DNA of 64,000 nt. Source: Rhodospirillaceae bacterium (GTDB lineage Bacteria; Pseudomonadota; Alphaproteobacteria; UBA6615). Under the pieces are notes generated by a model, which was not told the origin of the DNA, searched no databases, and saw only the letters and a list, made by a program, of their open reading frames with translations. This document shows positions 1 through 11,201 of the stretch, in pieces; positions within the stretch are counted from its first letter, which is position 1, and every line of letters begins with the position of its first letter. The stretch covers positions 5,527 through 69,526 of the forward strand of contig PASR01000011.1 in NCBI GenBank assembly GCA_002713365.1, written 5' to 3'. The position numbers and the translations under genes were made by a program.

Positions 1-109
1 GTCAAAATATGTTCTTTTTGTGTAACAAATGTGTTACATCACTTTGTAAGTTATTGAAGTACAACACATTTTGTGTAATGTCGTTCAACAAAAGAATCTT
101 ATAAAATCA

Positions 110-3100
110 ATGACTTATGATAGTAAGTGGGAGTTCTGGATAGATAGGGGTGGAACATTTACGGATGTTGTAGCTCGTTGTCCAGATGGATCGCTTGTTA
201 CTCACAAACTACTGTCGGAGGATCCAGAGCATTACCGTGATGCGGCTGTACAAGGCATTAGATATGTACTGGGTCTTAAGGCCGATCAACCTATTCCTGC
301 AGATAGTATTGCAGTGGTTAAGATGGGCACTACGGTGGCTACGAATGCCCTACTCGAAAGAAAAGGTGATAATACCTTACTTGCTATTACCAGCGGGTTT
401 AGAGATGCTTTACGCATTGGTTATCAAGCAAGGCCAAGACTATTTGATTGTAATATATTATTACCAGAAATGTTATATGAAAATGTTCTGGAGGTTAATG
501 AAAGAATTGATTCTCATGGTCAGATTTTAGAACCTTTTGATAACTTAACCGCACGTTCTGGATTGTTGAGAAGTTTTGAAAAAGGTGTTCGTGCAATCGC
601 CATAGTGTTTATGAATGCTTATCGATATCCCCAGCATGAACTTGAAATGGCAAGGTTGGCTAGTGAAATTGGTTTTACTCAGATTTCAGTTAGTCACATG
701 GTTAGCCCACTTATAAAACTAGTTGGAAGAGGTGATACTACTGTTGTTGACGCTTATCTATCTCCAATATTAAGGCGTTATGTAGATGAGGTTGCTAGTG
801 AATTGGGTGGCGTGAAGTTAATGTTTATGCAGTCGAATGGCGGTTTAACCAATGCTAAAATGTTTCAAGGTAAAGATGCTATTTTATCTGGGCCGGCCGG
901 CGGAGTAGTTGGTGCAGTAGAGATTAGCTCTGAAGCAGGCTTTGATAAAATTATCGGTTTTGATATGGGAGGAACTTCTACGGATGTTACTCATTATGCG
1001 GGAGAGTATGAGCGCGCATTTGAGACGTTAGTTGCTGGTGTTCGGATGCGAGCACCTATGATGCAAATACATACAGTTGCCGCCGGAGGAGGTTCTATAT
1101 GTGCATTCGATGGCTCACGTTACAGGGTGGGGCCGGAGAGTGCTGGAGCTAACCCTGGACCGGCGAGCTATGGCAAGGGGGGACCATTAACAGTAACTGA
1201 TTGTAACGTCATGTTAGGTAAGCTTCAGCCGGATTACTTTCCTGCTATATTTGGTCCAAACCAAGATAAAGTACTTAACAAACAAATTGTTTATGAAAAA
1301 TTTGAAACTTTATCTAATAAAATACATTCTTCAACTGGTGATTCTCGTTCTCCGGTGGAGGTGGCTGATGGATTTCTGAAAATCGCTGTGGAAAACATGG
1401 CTAATGCTATTAAAAAGATATCGGTACAGCGAGGTTATGATGTAAGTGAATATAGTCTTTGCGCTTTTGGGGGGGCTGCTGGACAACATGCTTGTTTGGT
1501 AGCTGATGCTCTAGGAATGACTAACGTTATAGCCCACCCGATGGCAGGTGTATTGTCGGCTTACGGAATGGGTTTGGCTGATGTAAGGGCTCTACGTGAA
1601 CAATCGGTTGAAAAACTCCTTACAAAAGATAACATCCGTGAAACCCAAGTTATACTTGATCGTTTATCAATAGAAGCAATAGAAGAAGTAAAGGCTCAGA
1701 GTGTAAGTGAAACTAATATTGAAACTATATGTAACTTACATTTAAAATATGATGGTACTGATACATCACTCATAGTAAATTTTTCGTCTTTAGAATCAAT
1801 GACGGAACAATTTCTGTTATTGCATAAACAACGGTATGCTTTTGTGATGCCTGATAGGCCGCTTGTAATTGAAACAGCTGCAGTTGAAGTTATTGCCGCT
1901 AAAGAAAAGGTGGAAGAAGTATCGTTTGCACAGAAGGCTAAAAATAAACAGCCAAAACCACTAACAAATGTGGAGGTTTATATAGACGGAGGGGAACGTA
2001 ATACTCCAGTTTATGATCGAAAATATCTTGACGCCGGAACAAAGATACAGGGTCCCGCCATCATTCAAGAAGCTGTTTCTACTATGGTTGTTGAACCGGG
2101 CTGGTGTGCTAGTGTAACAGATGAAGGTAATTTATTACTAAACCGCATTGTTCCACTTGAAAGAAAATCAGCTCCCGGAACTTCAGTAGACCCAGTTATG
2201 CTTGAGGTTTTCAATAACCTCTATATGTCCATTGCTGAGCAGATGGGTTTTACTCTTCAAAATACGGCGCATTCAGTAAATATAAAAGAACGACTAGATT
2301 TTTCATGCGCCATATTCGATCCAGAAGGAAATTTAGTTGCTAACGCTCCCCATATGCCTGTTCACCTTGGGTCAATGAGTGAGAGTGTGCGTACCGTAAT
2401 TCGTGAAAATCACTATTCTATGCGACCTGGGGATGTTTACGTTTTAAATGCTCCATATAATGGTGGAACTCATTTGCCTGACGTGACTGTAGTTACACCA
2501 GTCTTTGGTGAAAAAGAACATGACATACTATTTTATGTTGGAAGTCGCGGTCATCATGCAGATATAGGAGGATTAACACCAGGCTCAATGCCGCCTCATA
2601 GTCAAATTGCAGAAGAAGAAGGTGTGTTAATCGATAATTTTAAGTTAGTTGATAGCGGTTACTTCTGTGAAACTGAGTTCCGCTCGTTATTAGAATCGGG
2701 ACCTTACCCAGCTAGAAATATAGATCAAAATATAGCTGATGTCCGAGCACAAATTGCAGCTAATGAAAAGGGGGTAAGTGAATTAAGAAAAATGGTTGTG
2801 AATTACGGACTATCAACAGTGCACGCTTATATGAAATATGTACAAGACAATGCTGAAGAATCAGTTCGTCGGGTGTTGGATGTGTTAAAAGACGGTGAGT
2901 TTATTTATCCTATGGATGACGGAAACCAAATTAAGGTACGTGTAAGTATTGATAAAGAGGCTAGAAGAGCGACCGTCGACTTTTCTGGAACTAGCGATCA
3001 ATTGGATAATAATTTTAATGCTCCTTCTGCTATATGCCGTGCCGCAGTTCTATATGTTTTCCGTACGTTGGTTAATAAAGACATACCTATGAACGAGGGA

Positions 3101-3727
3101 TGCCTAAAACCGATCGATATAATAATTCCCGAAAATTCATTACTTTCACCACAATATCCTGCTGCAGTAGTTGCCGGAAATGTGGAAACGAGTCAGGCAA
3201 TAACTGATAGTTTATATGGCGCACTACGTGTCATGGCCGCAGCTCAAGGAACAATGAATAACCTTACATTTGGAAATGATAAATATCAGTATTATGAAAC
3301 TATATGCGGTGGCTCCGGCGCTGGACCAAGTTTTCATGGAACCTCAGCAGTACACACTCACATGACCAACTCAAGGTTAACAGATCCTGAGGTGCTAGAA
3401 CTGCGGTTTCCAGTAATGTTAGAAAATTTTGAGATTCGTAAGAGTTCTGGTGGTGATGGTTTATTTAGTGGAGGCAATGGTGTCGTAAGAAAGTTACGTT
3501 TTCTTGAAGATATGCAAGTTATGATATTGTCTAGTCATAGAACGGTTGCTCCATTTGGACTTAATGGCGGAAATCCAGGTTCACTGGGACGTAATTGGAT
3601 AGAGAGGAGTAATGGAACTAAACAACAAATGACAGGCACCGATAAAGCTGACGTATCTCCTGGAGATAAAATTATTATTGAAACACCAGGTGGTGGTGGA
3701 TACGGAAAATCAGATATCAATAGCTAG
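110..3727 (+). CDS. 5-oxoprolinase (ATP-hydrolysing), fused hydantoinase A/B (HyuA-HyuB) type
   Basis: A 1206-aa ORF opens with the hydantoinase/oxoprolinase N-terminal motif [17 protein letters not shown] and continues through HyuA- and HyuB-like halves. ATG at 110 preferred over the TTG at 71 listed by the ORF track. Confidence 0.8.
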   Translation: MTYDSKWEFWIDRGGTFTDVVARCPDGSLVTHKLLSEDPEHYRDAAVQGIRYVLGLKADQPIPADSIAVVKMGTTVATNALLERKGDNTLLAITSGFRDALRIGYQARPRLFDCNILLPEMLYENVLEVNERIDSHGQILEPFDNLTARSGLLRSFEKGVRAIAIVFMNAYRYPQHELEMARLASEIGFTQISVSHMVSPLIKLVGRGDTTVVDAYLSPILRRYVDEVASELGGVKLMFMQSNGGLTNAKMFQGKDAILSGPAGGVVGAVEISSEAGFDKIIGFDMGGTSTDVTHYAGEYERAFETLVAGVRMRAPMMQIHTVAAGGGSICAFDGSRYRVGPESAGANPGPASYGKGGPLTVTDCNVMLGKLQPDYFPAIFGPNQDKVLNKQIVYEKFETLSNKIHSSTGDSRSPVEVADGFLKIAVENMANAIKKISVQRGYDVSEYSLCAFGGAAGQHACLVADALGMTNVIAHPMAGVLSAYGMGLADVRALREQSVEKLLTKDNIRETQVILDRLSIEAIEEVKAQSVSETNIETICNLHLKYDGTDTSLIVNFSSLESMTEQFLLLHKQRYAFVMPDRPLVIETAAVEVIAAKEKVEEVSFAQKAKNKQPKPLTNVEVYIDGGERNTPVYDRKYLDAGTKIQGPAIIQEAVSTMVVEPGWCASVTDEGNLLLNRIVPLERKSAPGTSVDPVMLEVFNNLYMSIAEQMGFTLQNTAHSVNIKERLDFSCAIFDPEGNLVANAPHMPVHLGSMSESVRTVIRENHYSMRPGDVYVLNAPYNGGTHLPDVTVVTPVFGEKEHDILFYVGSRGHHADIGGLTPGSMPPHSQIAEEEGVLIDNFKLVDSGYFCETEFRSLLESGPYPARNIDQNIADVRAQIAANEKGVSELRKMVVNYGLSTVHAYMKYVQDNAEESVRRVLDVLKDGEFIYPMDDGNQIKVRVSIDKEARRATVDFSGTSDQLDNNFNAPSAICRAAVLYVFRTLVNKDIPMNEGCLKPIDIIIPENSLLSPQYPAAVVAGNVETSQAITDSLYGALRVMAAAQGTMNNLTFGNDKYQYYETICGGSGAGPSFHGTSAVHTHMTNSRLTDPEVLELRFPVMLENFEIRKSSGGDGLFSGGNGVVRKLRFLEDMQVMILSSHRTVAPFGLNGGNPGSLGRNWIERSNGTKQQMTGTDKADVSPGDKIIIETPGGGGYGKSDINS

Positions 3728-3942
3728 ATTTAGACTTAAGAATTTTAATGTAGAAATACATATGCATTTAATATGATTTAGCTTAGAGAATGTATAAATA
3801 TTTTAGATATAAATTTTTACTAATATTTTTTATTCATGCTAAATGATATTTGCGCTTACCACATAAACTAAAGATGATAAAAATTAATGCCGGTTTCTAA
3901 GGATAGGGTCAAATCTCGTGTTGCACCTGATTAGGTTTTTTT

Positions 3943-5136
3943 GTGAATAATGCTAATTCTTCGCGCATACTTATCTTTATTCTTGCGGCTATAACTGCTT
4001 TGGGCCCAATGTCTATGCAGGTTTTTCTGCCTGCTTTACCGGCTATACAAGACGCTTTTAATGTTTCTCATATGCAGGCTCAATTAGTATTGTCGGCTTC
4101 CCTTGTTTCTATAGCTATTTCAGCCCTGGCTTATGGGCCTGCTTCTGATCGATATGGAAGACGTCCCGTTATGTTAATTGGTTTAACTATTTTTTTAATA
4201 GGTAGTGTGATTTGTGTTATATCAACATCAATATGGGTGTTGATTTTTGGACGTATTGTACAGGCAATAGGCGGTGCGTCAGGAATGGTGCTTAGTAGGG
4301 CAATCATACGTGATTTATATGACCGTGAAACAGCTGCCAGAATGTTAGCATATATGGTGACGGTTCTAGTTTTTGCTCCAATGGTTGCCCCGGTGATTGG
4401 CGGAGTAATTAACGATCTAGCAGGGTGGAGAGCAATTTTTTGTTTTACATGCTTAGTTGGATTAGCAGCTATAACATTAGCTTATCCAAAAGTTCCTGAG
4501 ACTATGGTCAAGACTACCCATGTCCAGTCACAAAGTGGAATGTTTATTCATTTTATTACACTTATTAAAATTAGAGAATTTCTGGCTTATGCTGGCCAAT
4601 TAAGTTTTGGCCTTGGAATGTTCATGGGACTAATTGGTGGCGCGCCATTTGTGGTCATAAGAGTTCTGGGTAAAAGCCCGACAGAACTGGGCTTTCTATT
4701 ATTAATATTATCTGCGGGTTTTATGCTTGGAACCTTCATTACGGCCAGAATAGGTGGGGGTGTTGGTGTAGACCGAATGATAAAATTTGGAAGTATTCTA
4801 TCCGTTATTTCAGGAATAATCATGTTCATATTAGTATTAGCTGGTGAATGGACAGTTTGGGCTATATTTGTCCCAAGCACTGTTATGGCTTTTGCCAATG
4901 GTTTGATTATGCCCAACGCACAAGCAGCTGCAGTTAGTATTAATCCGCAGATAGCAGGCTCAGCATCAGGTTTGATGAGTTTTATGCAAATGATGACTGG
5001 TGCAGTATTTGCTCAAACAGTGGGTGTTATACAGGATGGCACTCCTTTGCCTATGGTTTTTGTAGTTACTATTGCAGCGCTATTGGGGTTCGCTTCAATT
5101 CTTTTTTTACCAAAGACAAAGATCTCAGAGAATTAA
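3943..5136 (+). CDS. MFS transporter, Bcr/CflA drug-resistance subfamily
   Basis: A 12-TM hydrophobic profile with the Bcr-type N-terminus (FLPALPAIQDAFNVS) and the MFS loop motif GPASDRYGRRPV. GTG start. Confidence 0.75.
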   Translation: MNNANSSRILIFILAAITALGPMSMQVFLPALPAIQDAFNVSHMQAQLVLSASLVSIAISALAYGPASDRYGRRPVMLIGLTIFLIGSVICVISTSIWVLIFGRIVQAIGGASGMVLSRAIIRDLYDRETAARMLAYMVTVLVFAPMVAPVIGGVINDLAGWRAIFCFTCLVGLAAITLAYPKVPETMVKTTHVQSQSGMFIHFITLIKIREFLAYAGQLSFGLGMFMGLIGGAPFVVIRVLGKSPTELGFLLLILSAGFMLGTFITARIGGGVGVDRMIKFGSILSVISGIIMFILVLAGEWTVWAIFVPSTVMAFANGLIMPNAQAAAVSINPQIAGSASGLMSFMQMMTGAVFAQTVGVIQDGTPLPMVFVVTIAALLGFASILFLPKTKISEN

Positions 5137-5162
5137 AAAATTAATTTTTGAGAGTTTTATTC

Positions 5163-6941
5163 TTAATCGCCCTGAGCTTTGCCTTCACGACGTGGATCTG
5201 CAGCGCCATATAAATTTTCTTTATCAATAGCAATGACGTGCAAACCGCTATTAAGATTTCGTTTACGTATTTTATGTCCGCGTTTGATTAGTGGTTTTGT
5301 AAAAGTGATTGCTTTTGTTTCAAGCTCAATTTCAGTATCAGTATTACGGTTGACTACGTGACCTAGGTTAATAGCTGTTTGTATGTCCAAGCCCCAGTCT
5401 AATACTGCAATAAGTGTTTGAGCTACATAGCTGATTATTCGACTACCACCTGGCGATCCAATTATTAAAATAAGATTACCTTCACGATCGAATACCATGG
5501 TTGGAGACATAGAACTACGCGGTCGTTTGCCTGGTTGAACTCGGTTAGCAACTAGTTTGCCATCTATCTTAGGTAAAAATGAAAAATCTGTTAGTTCACT
5601 ATTTAGTAAAAACCCTCTTACCATTATTTGCGAACCAAAAGCTCCCTCAATGGTAGTTGTCATAGATACTGCATTACCTTCTTTATCTATTATTGAAATA
5701 TGGCTAGTACCAGGCCTTCCAATTGATGAATCTGGAATATAACTAGACTTTGTTTTCTGTGGAAGGGCTCCTGCCATAGCGGGAACCGATATTGATGAAC
5801 TTAAGTTAATTAGTTTTGCTCTCTCTGATAAGTAGGACTTATCGAGTAATGCACTTATTGGTACGGGTACAAAATCAGAGTCTGCTATGTAGAGTGCTCG
5901 GTCAGCAAAAGCTAGTTTCCCAGCTTCAATTATAATATGCCAGCTATCTATACTGTCCGGCCCGAGTTTTGGAAGATTAAAATTTTCTAGTATTCCAAGT
6001 ATTTGTCCAATACTAATAGCTCCAGAGCTTGGAGGAGGCATACCACATACTTTATATTTTCTATAGGTATGACATATAGGTTTTCGTTTTATTACTTTAT
6101 AGTTTTTTAGATCTGATAACTTAAGTTTTCCCGGATTTCTGTTGTTGCTTACAACCTCGGTTATTATGTCTTTAGCTATTTCACCCTGATAGAATATCTG
6201 TGAGCCGTGATTAGCAATTTTAGATAAGGTTTCAGCAAAAATTCTATTTTTTATGACATCTCCTGGTCTAAGAGTTTTTCCTGAGGGAAAAAAATAGTCA
6301 GCGGAGGCTTTATTCGTTTGTATCCTTTTTTTCCGTTTGCCTTTTAATGAATTTATTAGTCGAGTAGAGGCCGGAAAACCATTGTTTGCTATTGCTATAG
6401 CTGGTTGGAATAATCTTGTCCAAGGCAAACGACCGTGAGCTTTATGTACTCGTTCTAAAAGAGCCAATGTTCCAGGAACTCCAACAGATCGACCACCTAT
6501 AGCGGCATCATAAAATCTCATACTTTCTCCCTCAGAAGTTAAAAATAGTTTTTCTGTAGCTTCTGCAGGAGCTGTTTCACGTCCGTCATAGGTTAGAAGT
6601 TCTTTGGTTTTGCCATCTAAATACATTAGAAATGCACCCCCACCTATGCCAGAGCTTTGGGGCTCTACTAAGTTAAGAACTAATTGTGTGGCTATTGCCG
6701 CATCAACAGCCGAACCGTTTTCTCTAAGCATCTCAATGCCTGCGGAAACAGCTGCCGGATGAGCTGCGACCACCATATGATTTTTAGCTTTAATAAGGTT
6801 TTGTGAAATTAGTTTATAACCATCTTCTGGTTGTAAGTCCTGGGAATATGCTGAAGAGGTTAAAAATAATGAAAACAAAATAACTTTGTAGAAAAAGTAT
6901 TTAAGGTCTCTTAGGAAGTTTATATTTAAAAAGTCGTACAT
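5163..6941 (-). CDS. ggt: gamma-glutamyltranspeptidase
   Basis: N-terminal signal peptide. GGT autoprocessing/nucleophile region TSHISIIDKEGNAVSMTTTIEGAFGS and the C-terminal GSPGGSRII motif. Confidence 0.85.
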   Translation of the reverse strand: MYDFLNINFLRDLKYFFYKVILFSLFLTSSAYSQDLQPEDGYKLISQNLIKAKNHMVVAAHPAAVSAGIEMLRENGSAVDAAIATQLVLNLVEPQSSGIGGGAFLMYLDGKTKELLTYDGRETAPAEATEKLFLTSEGESMRFYDAAIGGRSVGVPGTLALLERVHKAHGRLPWTRLFQPAIAIANNGFPASTRLINSLKGKRKKRIQTNKASADYFFPSGKTLRPGDVIKNRIFAETLSKIANHGSQIFYQGEIAKDIITEVVSNNRNPGKLKLSDLKNYKVIKRKPICHTYRKYKVCGMPPPSSGAISIGQILGILENFNLPKLGPDSIDSWHIIIEAGKLAFADRALYIADSDFVPVPISALLDKSYLSERAKLINLSSSISVPAMAGALPQKTKSSYIPDSSIGRPGTSHISIIDKEGNAVSMTTTIEGAFGSQIMVRGFLLNSELTDFSFLPKIDGKLVANRVQPGKRPRSSMSPTMVFDREGNLILIIGSPGGSRIISYVAQTLIAVLDWGLDIQTAINLGHVVNRNTDTEIELETKAITFTKPLIKRGHKIRKRNLNSGLHVIAIDKENLYGAADPRREGKAQGD

Positions 6942-7030
6942 TAATCATAGATTACCTTAATTAATTCTATTACAAAGTTGGGTTAACCATAATATTTTTA
7001 CTAAATACTGGGTTATAAGTTTATAAATCA

Positions 7031-7273
7031 CTATAATTTATGAATATTTTGTAAAACGTACACACGCAGTGCACTAGATAAGCTGCCTTTGCAATGCTGA
7101 TCAATTTCCGTTATTAGTTGATTAACTGATTTGTGCCGTTGTAAGGCCAAACTTCGTAATTTATCCCAGAAGATTGTTTCTAGAGAAACGCTAGTGCGAT
7201 GCCCTGAAACGACTACGGATCTTTTCTTTATAAGATCCTGATCATAGAGATAGTCAGTTACCTGTAAATTCAT
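7031..7273 (-). CDS. ribbon-helix-helix domain protein (COG4321-like)
   Basis: Small ORF carrying an [17 protein letters not shown] segment typical of RHH proteins found in alphaproteobacteria. Likely start is the ATG at 7273, which overlaps the fumC stop in an ATGA arrangement. Confidence 0.55.
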   Translation of the reverse strand: MNLQVTDYLYDQDLIKKRSVVVSGHRTSVSLETIFWDKLRSLALQRHKSVNQLITEIDQHCKGSLSSALRVYVLQNIHKL

Positions 7274-8664
7274 TTTGGTTCTATCATGTATTCTGGTCTC
7301 ACCCATTCATCATATTGTTCAGGCGTTAGTAGGCCTAATGAAATAGCTGATTCTTTTAGCGTAGTTCCATCTCCATATGCCTTCTTCGCGACTTTTGCGG
7401 CATTATCATACCCAATGTGGGGGTTTAATGCTGTCACTAACATCAATGACTGTTCCATTAGGAGATTAATATGCTCTTTATTGGCGATGATTCCATCGAC
7501 ACAGCGCTCTGCAAAACTACGAGCTGCGTCGCCAAGAAGTTGAATTGATTGTAGCAGATTATAAATTATAACAGGCTTGAACACATTTAGTTCAAAATGT
7601 CCGTTACTACCTGCAACAGTGACCGAAACATGATTACCCATAATTTGTGCAGCAACCATTGTAATTGCCTCAGATTGTGTTGGGTTTACTTTCCCTGGCA
7701 TGATTGATGATCCTGGTTCATTGGCAGGTAATGTTAATTCCCCAATTCCACTGCGAGGACCTGAACCTAAAAGACGGATATCGTTAGCAATCTTCATAAC
7801 TGCAGTTGCCCCGACATTCAATGCACCTGAAACGGCAACAAGCGTATCATGAGCTGCTAGTCCAGCAAATTTATTAGGCATAGTTATGAAATTTTTTCCA
7901 GTTATATTACTGACTTCTTCTGCGAATCTTTCGGAAAATCCGAGTGGCGCATTTAGGCCTGTTCCAACTGCTGTTCCCCCCTGAGCCAATTTAAGTAATT
8001 CAGGTATATGACGTCTTACTTCTTCTATTACATTATCTATTTGAGCAACGTAACCGGAAAATTCTTGTCCTAAAGTGAGTGGGGTTGCGTCTTGTGTATG
8101 CGTACGGCCGATTTTAATAACTTCGTTAAATTCTTTTTCTTTTTTTGATAGAGAAGTAGATAATTTTTTTAGCGAAGGTAACAGCTGATTTTCTATTTCT
8201 AACGCGCTAGAAATATGCATAACTGCTGGAAAACTATCATTAGATGATTGGCTAAGATTGACGTGGTCATTAGGATGAACTGGTGATTTATCTCCTCTTT
8301 TACCACCAAGAATTTCATTGGCCCTATTTGCTATGACCTCATTTGCATTCATATTAGTCTGAGTACCTGACCCGGTTTGCCAAACAACCAAAGGAAAATT
8401 ATCGTCTAATTTTCCATCGATGATTTCTTGTGCAGCTTGATCAATTGCTAAAGATAATTTTTTGTCTAGTTTCTTTAAGTCAAGATTTGCCCTAGCAGCG
8501 GCCTGTTTTTGAATGCCAAACGCATGAATAAGTGATAATGGCATCTGTTCATTGCTAATTGGAAAATTTTCTATACTTCTTTGTGTTTGAGCTCCCCAAT
8601 ACTTGTTAATTGGTACTTCTATTTTGCCCATAGTGTCAGATTCGATTCGGGTGTTGGGAGCCAT
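7270..8664 (-). CDS. fumC: fumarate hydratase class II
   Basis: 464 aa with the [16 protein letters not shown] signature of the fumarase/aspartase family. Confidence 0.95.
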   Translation of the reverse strand: MAPNTRIESDTMGKIEVPINKYWGAQTQRSIENFPISNEQMPLSLIHAFGIQKQAAARANLDLKKLDKKLSLAIDQAAQEIIDGKLDDNFPLVVWQTGSGTQTNMNANEVIANRANEILGGKRGDKSPVHPNDHVNLSQSSNDSFPAVMHISSALEIENQLLPSLKKLSTSLSKKEKEFNEVIKIGRTHTQDATPLTLGQEFSGYVAQIDNVIEEVRRHIPELLKLAQGGTAVGTGLNAPLGFSERFAEEVSNITGKNFITMPNKFAGLAAHDTLVAVSGALNVGATAVMKIANDIRLLGSGPRSGIGELTLPANEPGSSIMPGKVNPTQSEAITMVAAQIMGNHVSVTVAGSNGHFELNVFKPVIIYNLLQSIQLLGDAARSFAERCVDGIIANKEHINLLMEQSLMLVTALNPHIGYDNAAKVAKKAYGDGTTLKESAISLGLLTPEQYDEWVRPEYMIEPK

Positions 8665-8754
8665 TTTAACCTCTTTTAATAACTTCTGCTTTCTATATGA
8701 ATGTGAATGCTATGAGGTAACATCTTAAATTCTTATTGAGAAAAACATATGTGT

Positions 8755-9294
8755 TTATTTTTTACGAAATGTTTCTATACTTACTATTTCTGCACTTTTT
8801 TTAATGGTATTTTCGTCGCTATCATTATCTGCTTCTTTAATATTAGCTGTTGCCGGAATATTATCGCTTTTTATTTTATCTGATGGGTTTTGCTCATTTT
8901 CTTGAGAATTTGTGTTGAATTCTGAGCCTTGTGCCAAATCATTGGCTGAAAATTGAAGACCAAACTTAACGGATGGATCTACAAATGCCTTTAGCGCGGC
9001 AAACGGCACCGTCATTTCAACAATTTTATTATCAAAACTTAAGCTGACGCTAAATTCAAAAACATTTACTCGTAAATTCCAATACTGGTGTTGTATTATT
9101 ATGGTCATTTCATCGGGATAACGCTCCAGTAAAAAGTCAGGCATAATGATCCCCGACGCACCGGTACGAAACGTGATATAAAAGTGATGATCCCCAGGAA
9201 GTCCATGCTCAATAGTGTTTTCTAAGGCTCGACGAACTACGCCTCTTAAAGCATCTTCAACCATAAGGTCATATTTGAGAAAATTATTATTCAT
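8755..9294 (-). CDS. sspB: ClpXP protease specificity-enhancing factor SspB (alpha-type)
   Basis: The LPGDHHFYITFRTGASG and QHQYWNL motifs match alphaproteobacterial SspB. Acidic, disordered C-terminal tail. Confidence 0.7.
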   Translation of the reverse strand: MNNNFLKYDLMVEDALRGVVRRALENTIEHGLPGDHHFYITFRTGASGIIMPDFLLERYPDEMTIIIQHQYWNLRVNVFEFSVSLSFDNKIVEMTVPFAALKAFVDPSVKFGLQFSANDLAQGSEFNTNSQENEQNPSDKIKSDNIPATANIKEADNDSDENTIKKSAEIVSIETFRKK

Positions 9295-9383
9295 AGTGAT
9301 GATGGAAGCGAAATGTTTCCTTTACGTCAATGCCAATGATCATGATTATTTAAAAAAATATTAAATTATACCTGTATATCGCA

Positions 9384-9652
9384 AAAGTGGGGGGCTTCTG
9401 TTGCCCGGTGCCCCCCGAACCGCGCTTATCGACGCTTATTAGGCGGCAACAGCGGTGGGCTCAACATTATCGTTGGCACCTATAGTAATGGCCCGATAAC
9501 GACGGTACCATGCCGAGTGAAAGTTAAACCTTTACGCGCGCGTCGATCCTATTTCACCCCCCTAAAAACTTCATACTAAAGACCAAATAAATTTGGTGGA
9601 GGTGCCGGGTACCGCCCCCGGGTCCGCATCGTTTATTATGTAGAACGTTTAT
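9384..9652 (-). ncRNA. ssrA: two-piece (circularly permuted) tmRNA, acceptor piece followed by coding piece
   Basis: GC-rich island in AT-rich DNA. Minus strand reads ...CCGGGggcggtaCCCGGCACCUCCACCA (T-arm, acceptor 3' strand, CCA ending at 9594). Downstream it reads GGGGGUGAAAUAGGAUCGACGCG (acceptor 5' strand with a G3:U70 wobble, tmRNA-like 5' end). The tag reading frame is GCC AAC GAT AAT GTT GAG CCC ACC GCT GTT GCC GCC TAA TAA = ANDNVEPTAVAA**. It ends in a GGGGGGC/GCCCCCC hairpin (9389-9416) plus a U-run. Confidence 0.8.
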
Positions 9653-9847
9653 CACTATATCTGGGAAAACCCAGCAAAATATTTATAGTCAATAAATAAG
9701 CTTGAAGGAAGGGGTTCATAGGTTTTAAAACGTGATAATGTTTTCCACAGATATTACATTTTTATAATTAGATTTTAGAGATATAATATATTTGTGAAGG
9801 TGTGCTTAGTATAAAATTTCATACAAAAATCGATTGAGCTCATAAGA

Positions 9848-10642
9848 ATGCAACAATATTTAGATCTACTGAATCATGTGCGATATAACGGTGTTGAACG
9901 CCCAGATAGAACTGGTACGGGAACATTAAGTGTATTTGGAGCGCAGATTCGATTTGATTTATCAGACGGGTTTCCAATACTTACTACCAAACGACTCCAC
10001 TTAAAATCAATAATTTACGAATTACTTTGGTTTTTAAAAGGCAGCACTAATATATCTTATTTAAATGATAATGGCGTAACTATTTGGGATGAATGGGCCG
10101 ATGAAAATGGTGATTTAGGGCCTATATATGGTCATCAGTGGAGGTCTTGGCCAAACCCTGATGGCGGCAGCATAGATCAGATTTCCGCCTTGATTAACCA
10201 AATCCATGATAATCCGGAATCTAGAAGGCTTATTGTTAGTGCTTGGAATGTTCCGGATATATCTACTATGGCTTTACCTCCATGCCATTGTCTTTTTCAA
10301 TTTTATGTAGCTAAGGGAAAACTTTCTTGCCAATTGTATCAGAGAAGTGCTGATATTTTCTTAGGAGTGCCTTTTAACATTGCTTCCTACGCGCTTCTTA
10401 CCTTAATGATAGCTCAGGTATCCGGACTTGAGCCAGGAGAATTTATCCATACTTTTGGTGATACTCATCTTTATTTAAATCATATTGAACAAGCTGAAGA
10501 GCAGTTGCAAAGACCGCCATTAGGATTGCCAAAAATGTATTTGAATCCAAATATTGATAATATTTTTGATTTTGATTTTAGTGATTTTCAATTGGAAGGT
10601 TATAAGTTCCATCCGCATATTCCGGCTAAAGTAGCTGTTTAA
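9848..10642 (+). CDS. thyA: thymidylate synthase
   Basis: 264 aa with classic ThyA N-terminus [26 protein letters not shown] and the active-site region ALPPCH. Confidence 0.95.
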   Translation: MQQYLDLLNHVRYNGVERPDRTGTGTLSVFGAQIRFDLSDGFPILTTKRLHLKSIIYELLWFLKGSTNISYLNDNGVTIWDEWADENGDLGPIYGHQWRSWPNPDGGSIDQISALINQIHDNPESRRLIVSAWNVPDISTMALPPCHCLFQFYVAKGKLSCQLYQRSADIFLGVPFNIASYALLTLMIAQVSGLEPGEFIHTFGDTHLYLNHIEQAEEQLQRPPLGLPKMYLNPNIDNIFDFDFSDFQLEGYKFHPHIPAKVAV

Positions 10643-10647
10643 AGGCC

Positions 10648-11154
10648 ATGGGGTTTAGTATTTCGCTTATTGTTGCAGTTTCAGAAAATGGGGTTATTGG
10701 TCATAATGGGCGATTACCTTGGCGCATACCTGAAGACCTTAAGCATTTTAAATCTATAACTATGGGTAAACCAATTATAATGGGACGGCTAACATTCGAG
10801 TCTATCGGTACTGCGTTAGAAGGTCGTCAAAATATTGTAATATCTCGATCAAAAGGAAACATTAATGATGAGGTTGAAGTTGCTTGCAGCCTTGATAAGG
10901 CTTTAGAGATAGCTGGTAGGGCTAAGCCTGAAGAAGTAATGATAATAGGAGGTGGTGAAATTTATAAACTAGCATTAAATAGAGCACACCGAATATATGT
11001 CACAGAAGTTCACATTGATGTTAAAGGAGATGTTAAATTTCCTAAACTGGAATCAAAATATTGGAGAGAAGTTTCCCGTAAGTTTATTCCTGCTGGAGGT
11101 AATACTCCTGGACATAGTTTCGTAGTTCTTGATCGTAATTCTTCAAATTTTTAA
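10648..11154 (+). CDS. folA: dihydrofolate reductase
   Basis: 168 aa with IVAVSENGVIGHNGRLPW, characteristic of DHFR. Lies 5 nt after thyA. Confidence 0.9.
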   Translation: MGFSISLIVAVSENGVIGHNGRLPWRIPEDLKHFKSITMGKPIIMGRLTFESIGTALEGRQNIVISRSKGNINDEVEVACSLDKALEIAGRAKPEEVMIIGGGEIYKLALNRAHRIYVTEVHIDVKGDVKFPKLESKYWREVSRKFIPAGGNTPGHSFVVLDRNSSNF

Positions 11155-11201
11155 TAAAAGGATACGCTTTTAAATTTAGTGTATTTAATAAAGAACTAGT
11201 C

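Noticed and set aside
71-109. TTG-initiated N-terminal extension of the 5-oxoprolinase ORF
   Set aside because: The conserved hydantoinase N-terminus begins right after the in-frame ATG at 110. The TTG at 71 is preceded by no ribosome-binding site.
186-530. Short ORFs from the six-frame track nested inside or antisense to long genes (e.g. 186-530, 3535-3720, 4587-4916, 13174-13458, 15899-16234, 23486-23794, 31562-31954, 43158-43610, 47959-48408, 51610-51966, 63239-63532)
   Set aside because: Each lies fully within a much longer, motif-supported CDS on the same or opposite strand and has no start context or recognisable domain. Treated as spurious.
5137-5162. AT-only palindrome AAAAATTAATTTTT between convergent MFS and ggt genes as a bidirectional terminator
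   Set aside because: An all-A/T stem has negligible stability. Such palindromes are expected by chance in AT-rich intergenic DNA.
7031-7273. RHH protein as antitoxin of a type II TA module
   Set aside because: No adjacent toxin-sized ORF. The gene is coupled to fumC and resembles the conserved COG4321 RHH family rather than a mobile TA pair.
9384-9652. GC-rich island considered as a possible horizontally acquired fragment, REP element, RNase P or SRP RNA
   Set aside because: The minus-strand reading gives an unambiguous tRNA-like acceptor/T-arm with CCA plus an ANDN...AVAA tag reading frame with double stop. A permuted tmRNA explains the whole element.
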